Position numbers and translations under genes: made by a program | The notes under the pieces: model-generated | What the model saw: the letters and a program-made list of their open reading frames with translations, nothing else | Databases searched by the model: none | What the model was told of the DNA's origin: nothing | Virus record (IMG/VR): IMGVR_UViG_3300024496_000079 | Location: 1-31,027 of that record | DNA from: a virus | Taxonomy: Duplodnaviria; Caudoviricetes | DNA length: 31,027 bases | Direction: 5' to 3' (one strand) | Part shown: one piece after another, positions 10,048-18,904 of the stretch | How positions within the stretch are numbered: position 1 is the first letter of the stretch | Layout: the number at the start of each line of letters is the position of its first letter

Positions 10048-10213
10048 CCTTCATTTCCTCCGGTTTCATAAGCTGGTCTGGGCAGGTTCCTGTCACTGCG
10101 CAGTAGGGTCGTTTACACTCTTTGTTTTCCCAGTTATCAGGGTCTTGGCAGGGGTATCTGAACCGCTCGCACCCCAGTAGGCTAAATACCAAGAATACGG
10201 CGAATACGCGCAT
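9980..10213 (-). CDS. Cys-rich lipoprotein
   Basis: The start at ATG 10213 gives MRVFAVFLVFSLLG-C (lipobox), then RYPCQDPDNWENKECKRPYCAVTGTCP. Confidence 0.7.
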   Translation of the reverse strand: MRVFAVFLVFSLLGCERFRYPCQDPDNWENKECKRPYCAVTGTCPDQLMKPEEMKDEPVKVDKPVSCNDAGAARCSN

Positions 10214-10820
10214 GTTGAAGCTCCCTATCATCCATACCTTTGGTTCCACCATTGATCTTCTTGGTCAGGGTAAGAAAATCCCCGGAATCGGCATAGTTGT
10301 TTAAATTGTTGCTCTCCCAGAACCAGCAGGCTGACTGGGCTGCTCCCTCGAAGGTCTGTAAGTATTCTGCCGCTTCTTCAGGAGTGATCTCCAAGCTCAT
10401 CGCAAACCGGGTCATATTGTCTTTGCCGGTCAATTGGATCAGACCTTTTCCGGCAAATTTCCAACCCTCGCCAGACTCCTCTGGACCATTTCCCATACGG
10501 TTTGCATAGACCCTGTTGGCGATGGCGCGGGGGTTACGCTCGTACTTTTGAGCCGTTGCCATGTCTGGGAAATACTTGGGGAACGTCTTGAGAAGCCCTG
10601 AGGCTTTGTAGTTCAGGTTCTCAGAGAGGTATACGAACCCGCCAGACTCATGATGGCACTGCGCCATGAAGGCAGCGACACGAACCGGCGTGTTGATGTC
10701 GTAGTCGTTTAAAAGGGTTGCTCCGTTTAACTCTTTCTGCGGAGCGAACAAGGCATCGTGCCACTGCTCAGGGTACTTGGTATGGGGCGCAAACTCTTTG
10801 AACTGTTTAATGGTAAGCAT
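10182..10820 (-). CDS. Endolysin, glycoside hydrolase family 19 (chitinase-like lysozyme)
   Basis: Motifs RVAAFMAQCHHESGGF..LSENLNY, ANRVYANRMGNG, GKGLIQLTGKDN, SACWFW and TKKINGG..GMDDR. Confidence 0.92.
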   Translation of the reverse strand: MLTIKQFKEFAPHTKYPEQWHDALFAPQKELNGATLLNDYDINTPVRVAAFMAQCHHESGGFVYLSENLNYKASGLLKTFPKYFPDMATAQKYERNPRAIANRVYANRMGNGPEESGEGWKFAGKGLIQLTGKDNMTRFAMSLEITPEEAAEYLQTFEGAAQSACWFWESNNLNNYADSGDFLTLTKKINGGTKGMDDRELQHARIRRILGI

Positions 10821-10829
10821 TTTTGTTTG

Positions 10830-11486
10830 CTATATTAACTTTGAGTTTTTTGAATTTACATTTACTTTTTCTATATTATTTTTTTTATACGCCATCAGTT
10901 TTTTAAGTTCTTCAATATGATCTGAACCAACAAAGTAAACTCCTTTGTCTCTTGATAACAGCCACATATCTCGATATTTATTTGCTTTGTCAGCCATTTT
11001 TCTTGCCGACGTATTTCCAGAATCCCACATTTCTTTTTCGCCATCTTTTATAAAAGAAATAACATTATCAGGTGTTGCTTGTAATTTGCTGCGTTTTAAA
11101 AAATTTCCACCCATAGATGATAAAAACGCACGGAGATCATTTGCATCAAATCTTTTATTTCTAAAATACCCAAACTCTTTTTGAGCATTTAATATCCTGT
11201 CAAATATTGTTCCATCACCAACCAAAACTTTGTGTTGTTTATTAACATCCGTATTTGTAAAAATAACAAACAAAAACTCTTTGGGGTAACCTTTTACAAA
11301 GTTTGCAAGTTTGTCATCCCAAGAGCCTATATAAGAAACACTTTTTATCTTATCTTTACCATCACCCTCATACCATGCGCCGTATCTTTTAATAAGGTTT
11401 TTAATTTTTTCTGGCAAAACTATATCGTGTCCGTGCTTTTGACCAACAAAAATTAAATCATCCCGAGCCACAAAAATAGACATCAT
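10830..11486 (-). CDS. AT-rich inserted gene, putative TraB/PrgY/GumN (Tiki/EreA-like) family metallopeptidase
   Basis: 218 aa, markedly AT-rich relative to neighbours. Motif order LIFVGQKHG, WYEG, RDMW, VYFVGSDHI matches the GxxH...E...R[DN]...VGxxH pattern of that superfamily. Confidence 0.5.
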   Translation of the reverse strand: MMSIFVARDDLIFVGQKHGHDIVLPEKIKNLIKRYGAWYEGDGKDKIKSVSYIGSWDDKLANFVKGYPKEFLFVIFTNTDVNKQHKVLVGDGTIFDRILNAQKEFGYFRNKRFDANDLRAFLSSMGGNFLKRSKLQATPDNVISFIKDGEKEMWDSGNTSARKMADKANKYRDMWLLSRDKGVYFVGSDHIEELKKLMAYKKNNIEKVNVNSKNSKLI

Positions 11487-11788
11487 TCACCCAGTAAAAT
11501 CTTTGCACGTAACTCCCGGCTCTTGCGGGTTTCCTCTTTCATAAGCTTGTACTGCTCTGCCGCCAAGTCCGTCATGGCTTTCATGTCTGCATATGCCATG
11601 CCAAGCAGGGGTATGGCAAGCACAAACGTCAAAGCCATGATGGCGAGACAGATGACCACAACAACTGATACGTCTGACTCGTCCTTATTAGAATTAGAAC
11701 GCCCCACATCCACGCTACTACGAACAGAACTGCCCCAATCCATGTTGTTAGAGCTTTGATTTGATTTATTGCCCTTCTGCGTCGCCAT
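11483..11788 (-). CDS. Single-TM membrane protein with C-terminal coiled coil
   Basis: TM segment VVVVICLAIMALTFVLAIPLLGMAY. The start is uncertain (11788 or a downstream Met), and the ORF overlaps the 3' end of 11629-12342. Confidence 0.6.
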   Translation of the reverse strand: MATQKGNKSNQSSNNMDWGSSVRSSVDVGRSNSNKDESDVSVVVVICLAIMALTFVLAIPLLGMAYADMKAMTDLAAEQYKLMKEETRKSRELRAKILLGE

Positions 11789-12342
11789 AATATGATTTGT
11801 GTTTTTCTCATTTCTTCAGCGAGGGCTTGGTTTTGTTCCTGAACAATCTGCTGCCACATACGCTCAAAACGAGTCCACACATCCCCCAATTCTGGCGGGG
11901 TGTTATACACCATCATTTCCCGCACAGTTGCTAACATTGCATCTAACTGCGTTCTGATTCTAATTCTACGTAGCGCTCTGATCGCTACGGATTCATTGCC
12001 TTTGTACAGCTTCTTGGCGTTCCCTTCTTCTTCTATGAACGCCTGCATTAACTTTTCGTACTCCCCAACAAATACCGCAAGGTGATCCCATACATCGTTT
12101 AAAGCATCGTTTGGGTGAGAGTTTGCTACCTTCTGGACTCTCTTTACCTCTTCGTTGTATTGCCTCGTTTGCTCTGGGCTTGGAGAGGTAATCTTGTGGT
12201 ATTGATCTTTTAAGTCTTTAAGAACATCTCCTACCTCTCCTGCCGTTGACTTAACTTCTTTGTAAAAAGCTATGCCGCGCTTGGCTAGATCTATCGCAGT
12301 TGTTGCTGCCTTGAAACACGCTGCAATGGTGATCGGGTCCAC
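11629..12342 (-). CDS. Helical protein with C-terminal TM anchor (lysis-cassette associated)
   Basis: 237 aa with good RBS (AAGGAGAG), a GTG start, predicted all-helical, and C-terminal TM WIGAVLFVVAWMWGVLILI preceded by RRRR. Confidence 0.7.
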   Translation of the reverse strand: MDPITIAACFKAATTAIDLAKRGIAFYKEVKSTAGEVGDVLKDLKDQYHKITSPSPEQTRQYNEEVKRVQKVANSHPNDALNDVWDHLAVFVGEYEKLMQAFIEEEGNAKKLYKGNESVAIRALRRIRIRTQLDAMLATVREMMVYNTPPELGDVWTRFERMWQQIVQEQNQALAEEMRKTQIILWRRRRAINQIKALTTWIGAVLFVVAWMWGVLILIRTSQTYQLLWSSVSPSWL

Positions 12343-12354
12343 ATTGGCCTCTCC

Positions 12355-15105
12355 TTACTGATCCTGCCACTGCGAAGTCTGCGGTGTAAAGTTTGCGGTA
12401 TAACGAGCGTAACCTGCCGTTACTCTAATATCGTCCATATACCCATCAAAGTCTGAGCTATTGTCATAAAATGCGCCAAAAGTTGCCCTTGTTTGTTGAA
12501 TGCTATATGTATAACTTGCACTTGTTGCTTCAACATTTCCATTAATAAAAAGTCTTAAATTATTTGATGAATCTCTTGTAACAGCAATATGAACCCAAGT
12601 TCCAGTTGAAACATTATTTGTTGATGAAACGTTACTTGTATTAATGTTATAAAAAACAAGTTTTCCAGAAGTGACTCTTAAACTACTTCTGTCTGCTGCT
12701 GCATTAGTAAATTGGGACCAAATTAATTCGTCAGTTGTTGAGTTAAGGTATATCCATGCCTCAATAGTAAATTGGCCTGTTGCTGGCACTACTGGATTTA
12801 CTGTATATAACCAATCATCAACATTATCAAATAAAATAGAACTTCCTCCCCATTTACTTTGCGCTGTGCTTATCTGAGCATTACCAACAGTCTCCAGCAC
12901 GTTCTTGCCAGTGGCATCAATGATGCCGCCGTTGGTGAAGTTAAGCAGTGTATTAGTGTTGGTTATGTTTGTAGGGGGTGCAGTAGGAACGGTGATTGTG
13001 GTGTTGCTATAGCCATAAACATCCGTACCGTTAACTATTCTAAAACCTGATACATACCCGTTGAACGTAACACCGAATGCTTCACCAATGTATCCTAGAT
13101 TAAAAGCAGCAGTAATTGCGCTTAAACTAGCGCATGTCCCTGTACCAACTCTAACACCATCAATAAACATGGCTGTCTGATTGGTGCCCGTGCCCCCTCT
13201 AGCAATAACTATATGTTGCCATGCATTTACTTTAATATATGTAGTTCTGGATACACTTATAACCGCTCCAGAAACTGACCCTGTTTCAAACACAAAATTA
13301 CCGGAATTGTCGCCGTACAGCAGCATTTTTGGATTTGTTCCACCGCCATTATCCTGACCCCAATAATTAACATTTGCAGCAGAAGATGTTACATAGAACC
13401 AACCTTCAATCGTGAACGCATTCGTTGAAAAATTTATGTTTGATTTAGTTAAGTAGTCACCACTTCCATCAAAGTACCCACTGCCGCCTATAGTCTCTGG
13501 CGTGTATGCAACAACCGGGTAGAACGGGCTGAAGGCTTGGACGGAGGGGGTGCCGTTGACCGTGATGGCGAATGCGTTTGTGCTGTTGTCGATGAAACGG
13601 TTTGACTGACAGGTGAGCAGTGCAGTGCCGGAGATTGCCGTCAGTGGGGTCGTGCTTGGCGTGAAGTTGCTGGTGTAAACGCGACTTCCCTTTACCACGC
13701 GAAGATTGCTGATGTAACCGTTTAAGAAGTTGTTTGTACCTCCACCGCCTCCGGTAGAGAAATTCCCCATTATGTTGTTGGCGTACCCAGTATTGTTACC
13801 AATAGCCGTAATTGAGGCCGTGGCAGTGGAAACGCCATTTAAATACAAAGTAACCGACGTGCCAGCCGTAACAACAGCAGCAACATGGAACCATTGGTTA
13901 ATTGGAACACTGGCTAACGGGATAGTTGCGGCACTCGCACCAGGGCCGTAAAAATTTAGGCCGCTTGAATCAGCAAAAAATGCCCAGTTTGCTGCGTATA
14001 CGCCACCCACGAACCCGGTACCCTGCACTATGATAGGTTGAGTGGAACCCGGTCCACCCGGAGTTGCATTCAAATAAAGCCAGCACTCAATCGTGGAATC
14101 AACGCCGTTCAACAAGAGATTTGCGTTGTACGGCGTGCTTAGATACGAGTTTGTTCCATTCCCGTTATTACTCCACCCCGTCTGCGAGAACGGCGAGAAC
14201 GTACCCTGCGTCGTGTTGCCGTTGCGGGTGATGCTGAAGTTGTTGGACGAGCTATCTAGGAACGTGTTGTTCTGCGCTCCGTTCGTGCCATTACCGTGAA
14301 GCAGCAGTGTCGTGTTCTGGAAGTACGGGTCGTACATGTTCCACCGACGAGTCTGCCGGGCTTGTATAGCATCAGACACTGACCATATGCCGGGGGTCGA
14401 TGCTCCCAGTGCGGGGTTGTAAGCTGTGTACCCGGTGAAAGGCGTGAACGTGCTGACCTTGGCATCGCCATAAGATGTTATGGCAAAAGCGTTGCTGCTC
14501 TGGTCTACGATAGCCGGTGAGTTGCAGGTCAGCAGTTGTGTATTCGTAATATTGAACAACTGCGTTGGTACATTGATTGTGGTTTGCGTAGGGTCATATA
14601 CAGCCGCAGTGACGTACCTTGCATTTGCCATGTACCCCGGAAAATACCTCGTAGCGCCACTACTTGCGCGACCAAGAGATTTCACATTTCCGTAGTTGTA
14701 TGTATCAGTTCTTGTTCCAGTCGATGACCTGACACCGTTCAAAAATACAGTGGTTACTCCACTAGCATTTCTTACAACTGCTATGTGGTTCCAAGTATTC
14801 AATGACATTGTTGCAACCGTGTAAGAGTCTGCACTGACACCATAACGATCAATGTTTACATTTGTGCTGCTTGTTATGTTTATGTTCAACCCGCCATTTA
14901 CGGTTGAATCAGGCCCAATCAAACATATTTGGTTGTCAGGTGATGCAGTAAAACTTGAAACATTGAACCAACATTCAAATGTATATGCAGCAGTTCCAAC
15001 TGTAGAACCAGACCAAGTTAAATAATCTCCTGTCCCATCAAAAAAGACAGAGTACCCAGCCGCAGCACCTGAAGTAATTATTCCACCGGGATATTTGTTG
15101 CTCAT
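12355..15105 (-). CDS. Tail fibre / receptor-binding protein with four LamG (concanavalin A-like) domains
   Basis: Repeated SxxFDGxGDY...[FY]TxExWx...WxHxAxxR...[FY]xNG...GYxxxxR LamG-like units. Confidence 0.8.
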   Translation of the reverse strand: MSNKYPGGIITSGAAAGYSVFFDGTGDYLTWSGSTVGTAAYTFECWFNVSSFTASPDNQICLIGPDSTVNGGLNINITSSTNVNIDRYGVSADSYTVATMSLNTWNHIAVVRNASGVTTVFLNGVRSSTGTRTDTYNYGNVKSLGRASSGATRYFPGYMANARYVTAAVYDPTQTTINVPTQLFNITNTQLLTCNSPAIVDQSSNAFAITSYGDAKVSTFTPFTGYTAYNPALGASTPGIWSVSDAIQARQTRRWNMYDPYFQNTTLLLHGNGTNGAQNNTFLDSSSNNFSITRNGNTTQGTFSPFSQTGWSNNGNGTNSYLSTPYNANLLLNGVDSTIECWLYLNATPGGPGSTQPIIVQGTGFVGGVYAANWAFFADSSGLNFYGPGASAATIPLASVPINQWFHVAAVVTAGTSVTLYLNGVSTATASITAIGNNTGYANNIMGNFSTGGGGGTNNFLNGYISNLRVVKGSRVYTSNFTPSTTPLTAISGTALLTCQSNRFIDNSTNAFAITVNGTPSVQAFSPFYPVVAYTPETIGGSGYFDGSGDYLTKSNINFSTNAFTIEGWFYVTSSAANVNYWGQDNGGGTNPKMLLYGDNSGNFVFETGSVSGAVISVSRTTYIKVNAWQHIVIARGGTGTNQTAMFIDGVRVGTGTCASLSAITAAFNLGYIGEAFGVTFNGYVSGFRIVNGTDVYGYSNTTITVPTAPPTNITNTNTLLNFTNGGIIDATGKNVLETVGNAQISTAQSKWGGSSILFDNVDDWLYTVNPVVPATGQFTIEAWIYLNSTTDELIWSQFTNAAADRSSLRVTSGKLVFYNINTSNVSSTNNVSTGTWVHIAVTRDSSNNLRLFINGNVEATSASYTYSIQQTRATFGAFYDNSSDFDGYMDDIRVTAGYARYTANFTPQTSQWQDQ

Positions 15106-15114
15106 GTCCTATCC

Positions 15115-17199
15115 TTATTGCCTTGGCAGTGCCACGCTGGGCGGGATGAAGTTCTGTGTGTAACGGGCGATGCCTTTGGTGATGCGAAGGTCGTCGATGT
15201 AGCCGTTAAGATACGCGCTCGGGATATAATTACTTCCAATATATGGATTAGACGCACTCAAAAGATTTGTTGTCATTGTCGCGCTAGCTTCCTGTACTCC
15301 ATTAACAAAGTATTTCACCGTGCTTCCAGACCTAGCAAGAGCAATGTGATACCACTGTCCAGTAGACAATGATTTGCCAGACAATACCGTAGTAGACCCA
15401 ACATACAACCGCAGGGTAGGGTCGTAATCAAATAGTATGTAATCACCGGCAGAGCCCGGTCTACAATCGATGAACGTTTGTGCTGTTGTAGCATTTAAGT
15501 ACAGCCAAAACTCGACGGTAAAATCTCCCGTGCCGAAGTTAAAAATATTGCCGCTGTTTGGTCTTAAATAATCCCCATTCCCATCAAAGTACATCGACCC
15601 TGAGCCATACTTCACGACACTGGTGCTTACCTGTGCGTTGCCGACTGTCTCCAAATCGTTCTTCATCGTGCCGTCGTAGATACCGGCGTTGGTGAAGTTG
15701 AGGAGGAGCGAAGTATTGGTGATTGCAGTAGGTGGTGCTGTTGGAATTGTATAAGTAGCCCCAGAGTACTGCGCTGTACCTTTTAATATCCTGAACCCAG
15801 AGATATATCCACCATTAGAGTATGAACCAGTATTATCTGTCCCAATATAAACTATCGGATTAGTAGAATAGTTAGTGGTGTCGGTTCTTTGATAGACACG
15901 CGACCCGTTTAAAAATATAGAAACATTATTTGTTCCGCTGCCAGAACGCACATATGCAAAGTGATTCCACGCCCCCAAAACAAAAGCTGAAGATGCCAAT
16001 ATGTCAAGCGTAGAACCGTTATTTACGTAAAGGCTGCTTGAGCTTACATAAGCGCCGATAGCTTGCGTGCCAGATGGTCGCATATCAAAAATATATCGAG
16101 CGCCCGTTAAAGCAGTATTAAACCAACATTCAATAGTGAAGTCCCCAGTCCCCATTGCATAAGCGGCATTTGCGGGCGCAGTAACATAATCCCCCGTCCC
16201 ATCAAAATACCCAGACCCACCTATCACGCTCGATGTCCACTGATACTGTGGGGCGAACGGAGAGAAGGCTTGGACGGAGGGAGAGCCGTTTATAGTAAAC
16301 GTTGAAGCCGTAGCCGAGTTATCAACAAACCTGTTATTTTGGCAGGAAAGAAGAACGCAGCTAGATGCGCCTTGGCTCGTTGTTGTAAAAGGCGCGTTTG
16401 AAGGCATAAAGCCGGAAGTATAAACTGCGGCTTTACATACCCGAACGTTAGACATGTAACCTTTAAAGCTCCAGTCTGACCCGCCAGAACTGGAGGAAGC
16501 AATACGAAAAGGCTGCGTTGCAGACCAGTTAGTAGCATCTGTGGCAGTACCAGCTAAAACACCGTTTATGTAAAAAGCAAGTCCGTTTGTCGATGTTGAT
16601 GTTCTTACAATTGCTAGGTGCTGCCACGTATTTAAAGTCAGTGCGCCCGTCGAGGTAGCCACATTAGAACCACCCGATGCAGCTATGGTTATGGTGCCCG
16701 TTGAGTTAATGTTTATTTGAATAGGGCCACCAACAGCAGGGCACCCGAAGATAAAAGGAACCACTCCGGCAGTAAATGACTCAGGGTATATCCAACACTC
16801 TAGCGTGTACGCGCCGGTTCCAAAATTTGATACTGCTGTAGAAGAAGTTTCAAGGTGGCTGGTGCCAGTAAAATAATTCCCCCACGCACCCGGCTGCAAA
16901 CTAAAAGGCGTGAACGCACCCTGAGTAGTATTGCCGTTCCTAGTAATCGTGAAGTTGTTGGTAGACGAGTCTAAGAACGTGTTGTTCTGTGAACCGTTGG
17001 CGATGTTGTCAGCTTGAAGCAGCAACGTGCTGTAGTCAAACAGAGGGTCTGTAGCCCACTGCCCTGTAGTAATAGCCTGTGCCTGCTGCTGTAGCGTAAA
17101 TACGCCCTGATACTGGACAGTATTCGGGCTGGTCGTGATATTCGATGCAAGCGGGTTATAGCCCGGCTTGTTGATGTTGCCCAGATAACGCAGGCCCAT
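15115..17199 (-). CDS. Tail fibre / receptor-binding protein with three LamG domains, paralog of the downstream gene
   Basis: Same LamG units (GTGDFTIECWF, WNHFAYVRSG, GYIDDLRITKGIARYT) and shared linkers with 12355-15105. Confidence 0.8.
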   Translation of the reverse strand: MGLRYLGNINKPGYNPLASNITTSPNTVQYQGVFTLQQQAQAITTGQWATDPLFDYSTLLLQADNIANGSQNNTFLDSSTNNFTITRNGNTTQGAFTPFSLQPGAWGNYFTGTSHLETSSTAVSNFGTGAYTLECWIYPESFTAGVVPFIFGCPAVGGPIQININSTGTITIAASGGSNVATSTGALTLNTWQHLAIVRTSTSTNGLAFYINGVLAGTATDATNWSATQPFRIASSSSGGSDWSFKGYMSNVRVCKAAVYTSGFMPSNAPFTTTSQGASSCVLLSCQNNRFVDNSATASTFTINGSPSVQAFSPFAPQYQWTSSVIGGSGYFDGTGDYVTAPANAAYAMGTGDFTIECWFNTALTGARYIFDMRPSGTQAIGAYVSSSSLYVNNGSTLDILASSAFVLGAWNHFAYVRSGSGTNNVSIFLNGSRVYQRTDTTNYSTNPIVYIGTDNTGSYSNGGYISGFRILKGTAQYSGATYTIPTAPPTAITNTSLLLNFTNAGIYDGTMKNDLETVGNAQVSTSVVKYGSGSMYFDGNGDYLRPNSGNIFNFGTGDFTVEFWLYLNATTAQTFIDCRPGSAGDYILFDYDPTLRLYVGSTTVLSGKSLSTGQWYHIALARSGSTVKYFVNGVQEASATMTTNLLSASNPYIGSNYIPSAYLNGYIDDLRITKGIARYTQNFIPPSVALPRQ

Positions 17200-17202
17200 G
17201 CT

Positions 17203-17526
17203 TTACTCCAATGCAGAAATGTCAGCAGATGTCATCGCTGGTATTTGTTCGCTGCTCAGTACAACCTCGGGCTCACTGGCAGCAGGCTCCTGCGGCACTT
17301 CTTCGACCACAGGCAGAGCGTGCTCCACCCACCTCTCTTCAGACTGGCTCCACGAATACTTGAACCCTTCCTTCACCGGCATAGGATCGCGCACAACCCA
17401 GCCCGGTGGATACCACCAGACAACTTCCTTGCCTTCAGGGGCAACAGGCGGCTCCTCGACTTCAATCCAGCCTTCAGTGCCGTCCGTGTAGGGATACGGG
17501 ATAGAACCGTTTTTGCTGTAAAGCAT
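17203..17526 (-). CDS. Putative tail fibre assembly / accessory protein
   Basis: 107 aa, Trp/Pro/Glu-rich (GWIEVEEPP, YSWSQSEERWV), immediately upstream of the fibre genes. Confidence 0.5.
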   Translation of the reverse strand: MLYSKNGSIPYPYTDGTEGWIEVEEPPVAPEGKEVVWWYPPGWVVRDPMPVKEGFKYSWSQSEERWVEHALPVVEEVPQEPAASEPEVVLSSEQIPAMTSADISALE

Positions 17527-17536
17527 GTTTCACCTA

Positions 17537-17944
17537 TTAGGTAATAGCTTCAAAGGTTGCCGTGAAGGTCAGGGCAGATGCAGTACCGGAATATGCAGCA
17601 ACAGACTGGTTCTCCGTGATGTACAGAGAATTGGTCTTGTCCACAATCACCAGCGTCGCATTAGGTGGCACCGAAATCTGGTAAGCCGGGTAAGTAACCA
17701 CCGTGGCTGAACCAAACGTGGCGTTGTTGCCCACTGCAATCGTAGCTGTCGCTGCACTGGAAGTCGTGTTCGCCGCAGTGATTGAAGTCACACGGTTGAC
17801 CGTATTCGCAGCTGGAGTCAAACCAGTTAGGGAAGTCGTACCGTTGTACGTCCACGAAGTCGTGGCTGTAGCAGCAGACGAAGGGATAACGTACGCGGTA
17901 TTACCGTAAATTGCCGTTACGTTAACGATGTTAGGATTTGCCAT
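17537..17944 (-). CDS. Small beta-rich virion protein
   Basis: 135 aa starting MANPNIVNV, Thr/Ala-rich, ISVPPNATLV motif, RBS AAGGAG. Confidence 0.6.
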   Translation of the reverse strand: MANPNIVNVTAIYGNTAYVIPSSAATATTSWTYNGTTSLTGLTPAANTVNRVTSITAANTTSSAATATIAVGNNATFGSATVVTYPAYQISVPPNATLVIVDKTNSLYITENQSVAAYSGTASALTFTATFEAIT

Positions 17945-17956
17945 CTTGATAACTCC

Positions 17957-18895
17957 TTAGAAGCCAAAAATAAGGGACATAGCTATGGCTTTCCCTGTTG
18001 AAATACCACCACTTGATGCGCCCCATACAGGAACACCACCTGTTACCGTGAGAACCTGACCCGATGAACCAATTGACAGCTTGCTCAAAGTGTTAGTTGC
18101 AGAGGCATACAGAAGGTCACCAGTGGTATAGGTACTCTGTGCAGTACCGCCGTTCGTAGCCGGTAAAGTGCCCGTGACACCTGTTGAAAGAGGTAGACCT
18201 GTGGCATTCGTCAGGGTTCCAGAGCTTGGTGTACCCAAAGCTCCACCATTAACAACAACCGATCCTGCGCTGCCGACGTTGACCCCCAGAGCCGTCGTGA
18301 CACCTGTGCCTGTCGTGATTGTCGAGGGGGCTACACCTGCACCGCCACCCACAACCAGCGCACTTGCTGCCAGCGCACCAGAGCTTGCAAGGGTTCCACT
18401 AGCTGAGTAGTACAGGACACCGCCAGAAGTGCCAGAGCCAATGCCCGTGCCGCCCGAAGCCACCGGGAGGGCTGCTCCCAGTGTCATGGAGGATGCGTAT
18501 GTGGTCACATCAACGACGTTCGTGCCATCGTTGTAGACCATCATGGTCTTGCCTGTCGGTACAGCGATGCCGGTGCCGGTGGAGTTCTTGACTGTGACTG
18601 TATCGGCGACACCGTTGTAAACGATGTAAGCCTTCTCAATGGCAGGGACGATTAGGTTTCTTGCCCCGCCCGACGTTCCCGTCAGGTTTAAACGGAAGTT
18701 ACGCGCCGTCTGAGAAGCGTTGGTATCCGTTAGAGTCAGGGTAACGTCCGCGCTGGCAAAGGTAACGTCAGCAGACCCGACGATTGCCTCCTCAAGCGCA
18801 GTGCCCAAGTTCGTGTTGGTTGTGATACCCCACGTACCTGACTGCTCACCAGTGGCAATCAGTTCAATTTTTAGATTGCTGTATGTACTAGACAT
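17957..18895 (-). CDS. Tail fibre proximal / adaptor protein
   Basis: N-terminus ELIATGEQSGTWGITTNTNL and LPxxxGGT fibre repeats (LPVASGGTG, LPATNGGT, GDLLYAS, GQVLTV). Confidence 0.7.
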   Translation of the reverse strand: MSSTYSNLKIELIATGEQSGTWGITTNTNLGTALEEAIVGSADVTFASADVTLTLTDTNASQTARNFRLNLTGTSGGARNLIVPAIEKAYIVYNGVADTVTVKNSTGTGIAVPTGKTMMVYNDGTNVVDVTTYASSMTLGAALPVASGGTGIGSGTSGGVLYYSASGTLASSGALAASALVVGGGAGVAPSTITTGTGVTTALGVNVGSAGSVVVNGGALGTPSSGTLTNATGLPLSTGVTGTLPATNGGTAQSTYTTGDLLYASATNTLSKLSIGSSGQVLTVTGGVPVWGASSGGISTGKAIAMSLIFGF

Positions 18896-18904
18896 GTTCT
18901 TTCC

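Noticed and set aside
12355-17199. Diversity-generating retroelement (TR/VR), given the BPP-1-like capsid
   Set aside because: No reverse transcriptase in the window, and I saw no repeat pair differing only at adenines.
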